Origin: an uncultured virus (IMG/VR IMGVR_UViG_3300047094_000227) | Lineage: Duplodnaviria > Heunggongvirae > Uroviricota > Caudoviricetes > Crassvirales | Virus record (IMG/VR): IMGVR_UViG_3300047094_000227 | Span: 55,166 to 75,165 of that record | Direction: 5' to 3' (one strand) | Length of the DNA: 20,000 nucleotides | In this document: positions 17,072 through 20,000 of the stretch, piece after piece | Layout of the letters: every line of letters begins with the position of its first letter | Position numbering within the stretch: the stretch's first letter is position 1 | Notes under the pieces: model-generated | The model's database searches: none | Told to the model about the DNA's origin: nothing | The model's input: only the letters and a program-made list of their open reading frames with translations | Position numbers and translations under genes: made by a program

Positions 17072-17803
17072 TTACTCGTTTGTTTGAATCCTCATCTGAG
17101 CTGTTTGAACTGCAGACATGTTTTCTGTGTACATTGCTAAATTTTGAACTGTTAAATCTACTAATTCATCTTCTAAGTATAATTCAAGTTCGCAATCTTG
17201 GTTGATTGATGGTTGTCCATCAAAGTCAGTATACCCTACTGAATCAATATACACTGGGTATCTCATATAAGAGATGTATATTTTACTTGGTGTAAATGTA
17301 CCATCTGTAAATATAGAAATCTCATCTGAAGATAGTAAGTTAAAAGTCTCTTGATATTCAAAAGAAGGTCTATAATGAGTGTTGTTTAAAAGCACAGATA
17401 AATCACCATGCTTTGCCAAATCCTTATTAATCCATATCTTTCTATCAGTACATCTTCCTTTATTAGCCAAAACATATGAGTCTACATAGAACATATATTT
17501 AGGAACTAATAAATCTAAATTAGCAGACCATTGATTTAACTCTGCGTCTTTTATAGCTAGAGATAGATCACCATCAACGTAATTCACTATCAATCTTTGT
17601 AGGTCTTCGTAACGCTTTTTAAAAGAGTCAAGGCCCATACCTGAAACTGTACTAAACCCATCAACCTTTTGCTTTATAAGCTTTATCTGAGCTTCATTTA
17701 AAGCTAAAATTTTGTCTTCTAGGTTAATTTGTTGATGCTCGTTAGTTGATAGTTTATTTAGTTTCTGGTCTATCTTATATAATAAACTATCTACAGGGAT
17801 CAT
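17072..17803 (-). CDS. crAss-like ring protein / conserved capsid-module protein (243 aa)
   Basis: Motifs LNEAQIKLIK, KRYEDLQRLI, ISYMRYP and CELELYLEDELVDLTV resemble ring-type proteins. ATGA overlap with the upstream gene. Confidence 0.65.
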   Translation of the reverse strand: MIPVDSLLYKIDQKLNKLSTNEHQQINLEDKILALNEAQIKLIKQKVDGFSTVSGMGLDSFKKRYEDLQRLIVNYVDGDLSLAIKDAELNQWSANLDLLVPKYMFYVDSYVLANKGRCTDRKIWINKDLAKHGDLSVLLNNTHYRPSFEYQETFNLLSSDEISIFTDGTFTPSKIYISYMRYPVYIDSVGYTDFDGQPSINQDCELELYLEDELVDLTVQNLAMYTENMSAVQTAQMRIQTNE

Positions 17804-18768
17804 ACAGAGGCTAGTTTTTTAAGTTTCAATTTTTGTTCCAAAGTGATCAATGCATCTTGATTATCTTCATCTGCTAAGAATCTGATTAAATCATCTTCAT
17901 CTTTTGCAATAGCATGTTCACCTTCATATACTTTGTCATTTGCTTTTATTCTATAAATAGAATGTGCAACTGCTTGTTTTACTAAATCTTTAATATGGAG
18001 TAAGTTTTCACTCATGTCTGCAAATCTGTTAAACACTTCTACAGGATTTAAACCAGCGTGTTTACCATTTTTGAATTCAGTTTGTTTTAATAGGTTGTCT
18101 ACTTGGTTATATACAGACTCTTCTTTAGAATCTTCACTAACTGGTAAACCTAATAATCTTGCTACCTTACGTTTCTTTTCAGGAGTCATTGCATCAAACT
18201 TAACAATAGCCTTGTTGATCAATTGTTTTTTCTTGAAAATCACTTGGTTTTCAATCTCATCATCAGCAACATAAAATTGTATATCTGCTGCATATTCACC
18301 ACGCTCCCATGCTTGATAGCTAGAAGCAATTGTTGGATGAACTCTTAACCATGCAAAAGCTAACTCTTGAGATGGATTACTAAAATCAAAGAAGTTATCA
18401 CCATCCATTAACTTAACAGCTTGTACATGTAGCACATCATCTGTAGATGTAGACAATCCATAGTTCCAAAATTTAGAACGAGGACCTAAGTCAATATCAC
18501 CCATAGCAGCTTCAAGTTTAGCTTTCAATGCTGTAACTCTTTCAACTTCTAACTCTCTTTCAAGATTATCACTAATGCGTCTAATGTAAGCAGCATTTGG
18601 ATCAAGACCTGTTCTGTACTGTCCATCAAGTTCTTTATAAGGATACTTGAAAACACCTGTACCAGGAATTCTTGTTAAGCCTTTCTGTGCAAGACCAGCC
18701 TGCATCGTTTGTAACTGAGAATTGTTATACTCTTTTTTTAACGTAGAGATTTTTCCTATCTTACCCAT
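17800..18768 (-). CDS. conserved crAss-like capsid-module protein immediately downstream of the MCP (322 aa)
   Basis: Charged helical protein with YRTGLD, FWN and LGLPV motifs. Synteny with the gene following the MCP in crAss-like phages. Confidence 0.65.
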   Translation of the reverse strand: MGKIGKISTLKKEYNNSQLQTMQAGLAQKGLTRIPGTGVFKYPYKELDGQYRTGLDPNAAYIRRISDNLERELEVERVTALKAKLEAAMGDIDLGPRSKFWNYGLSTSTDDVLHVQAVKLMDGDNFFDFSNPSQELAFAWLRVHPTIASSYQAWERGEYAADIQFYVADDEIENQVIFKKKQLINKAIVKFDAMTPEKKRKVARLLGLPVSEDSKEESVYNQVDNLLKQTEFKNGKHAGLNPVEVFNRFADMSENLLHIKDLVKQAVAHSIYRIKANDKVYEGEHAIAKDEDDLIRFLADEDNQDALITLEQKLKLKKLASV

Positions 18769-18795
18769 ATGTAGTTGTTTTTTATTGGTTTATTT

Positions 18796-18929
18796 GCAGA
18801 TGGTTCCCATTGAAGGGAATGCGGTGGGGCATGGAGCCCAAACCCATCCATCTGTGTAAGAAGATTCCCCCTCGTTGAGGGAGGGGGGAACATCTTCTCT
18901 GTGTAGTTTTAAGGATTTTAACCCTTAAC
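18796..18929 (-). other. GC-rich structured intergenic element (branched stem plus two hairpins) between the MCP and the next gene
   Basis: Several nested inverted repeats are visible in the sequence; see findings. Confidence 0.6.
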
Positions 18930-18936
18930 TCTTTTA

Positions 18937-19998
18937 TTAGAATTGAGGAATTTCTTCAATCAATACTGTTCTAGATAAATCTTCAATGAATACATCACAA
19001 CGATCTTTCATCCAGATTTCGTATCCTGGGAATTTATTTGCAGAACTCATACCTTGAGACTTAGCAAAGCCTAAGTGGTGACGAGTACCATCAATATAAC
19101 CCCAAGTCATAGAAGGAGCACCCTTCATACGTACTTCACGAATGTTGTTGATCATAGAACCATCAGACATTGGAGATACATCAAACACCATAAATACTGG
19201 AGTTGACTTCTTATTCTGACCAAATTCTAAGTTTGTTTGAGGAAGATCTAATTCTTTCAAGTGGATCAATTCAACACGACCAGTCTCACGTGTAACCATT
19301 GCATCAAATGCAAAGTTGTAAGTAATGTGTTGACCTTCTCCTTGTAAATATCTGTTACCAGAATCAGCCATGAAAGTTAAACCTGAATTCAATGCATCAT
19401 TCTTTAAAGCTTGTTGGAACACGTCAAAACCAGCTTCGTTAGTGTACATTTTAACTCTACGATCCTTAACATCAACACGTCTGTAGAACAAGTCACCAAA
19501 CACTGAACGAATCAAGTTTGCAGTGAACTCACCGCGGTTGTATTGTACTAAGTTACCGTTGTTACGCATTCTGTGGTAAACACCAGCAGATGTACGCTTT
19601 AATTCTTGCTTAGAACCATTAGTCTTCACGGTACCAGGCTTAGCCCAGATCATACGCTTAACTTTCAATTCTAACATAGACTTACGCATCCAGAACTCAA
19701 TAAATGGTTCCCATTTAACATCGTTACGAGTTAAAGGTAATTGGTTACGTCTTTGTGGAGCATATACTAAGATATCAAGAGGCTTACCAGAAGCATCACG
19801 CATCATTTTGTCATCAGCCCACTCAGTGATTTTGTGCTCATAACCATATGCAGAACCTAAAGATTCAAACATAGTGATTTGCTCACCTAAACGAGGAAGA
19901 CCTAATAAGTCTTGGTCAAATTCACCAATTGCAGCATCAACTAATTCCAATTCAATACCAACTCTTAAGAAGTTAGGACTAACGAAATCTACAGTTGG
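18937..19998 (-). CDS. major capsid protein, crAss-like, 5'-truncated by the window edge
   Basis: The frame stays open upstream of the TTG at 19950 to the edge (PTVDFVSPNFLRVGIEL...). Strong codon bias, a tandem TAA TAA stop, C-terminal GYEIWMKDRCDVFIEDLSRTVLI and position all fit the MCP. Confidence 0.85.
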   Translation of the reverse strand, partial: PTVDFVSPNFLRVGIELELVDAAIGEFDQDLLGLPRLGEQITMFESLGSAYGYEHKITEWADDKMMRDASGKPLDILVYAPQRRNQLPLTRNDVKWEPFIEFWMRKSMLELKVKRMIWAKPGTVKTNGSKQELKRTSAGVYHRMRNNGNLVQYNRGEFTANLIRSVFGDLFYRRVDVKDRRVKMYTNEAGFDVFQQALKNDALNSGLTFMADSGNRYLQGEGQHITYNFAFDAMVTRETGRVELIHLKELDLPQTNLEFGQNKKSTPVFMVFDVSPMSDGSMINNIREVRMKGAPSMTWGYIDGTRHHLGFAKSQGMSSANKFPGYEIWMKDRCDVFIEDLSRTVLIEEIPQF

Positions 19999-20000
19999 AT

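Noticed and set aside
1925..18274. Other short plus-strand ORFs (1925, 7402, 7529, 10858, 16047, 16254, 18014)
   Set aside because: They are short, antisense to well-supported genes and have no recognisable motifs.
18796..18855. Hammerhead ribozyme or tRNA reading of the three-way junction
   Set aside because: It has no CUGANGA/GAAA core and no T-loop or cloverleaf on either strand.
19948..19950. TTG start assigned to the capsid ORF by the track
   Set aside because: The frame remains open to the window edge, so the true start most likely lies outside the window.
1..20000. Stop-codon reassignment, as known in some crAss-like phages
   Set aside because: Genes are intact and densely tiled under code 11, and TGA acts as a stop at coupled junctions (17800, 15264). 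TAG status cannot be tested well here, but nothing requires recoding.

Overview
AT-rich dsDNA phage segment with about 17 tightly packed genes, all on the minus strand and readable in standard code 11. Gene order and motifs fit the virion (capsid-tail) module of a crAss-like (Crassvirales-type) phage, probably with a Bacteroidota host. Order in the direction of transcription: major capsid protein (5'-truncated), conserved capsid-module gene, ring protein, auxiliary capsid protein, putative tail-hub genes plus an uncalled 47-aa Cys-rich ORF, a fibre/decoration cassette (tail-collar fibre, Gly-Thr-Ser collagen-like fibre with S74 chaperone, Asp-box propeller, two unknowns), terminator and promoter, HTH-metallophosphoesterase, ring protein, HU/IHF-like protein, ring/tail-tubular protein, 1630-aa muzzle protein, and an uncalled 3'-truncated ORF. 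Family assignments come from recalled motifs and synteny, not database searches. Most notable: (1) a ~70-aa N-terminal module in three genes, each followed by a Thr linker and a different passenger domain; (2) mucin-like Thr/Ser tracts in six putative virion proteins; (3) two equal-length Pro-free (Gly-X-Y)n tracts; (4) a GC-rich multi-stem element after the capsid gene; (5) an HTH-phosphoesterase with its own promoter and palindromes.
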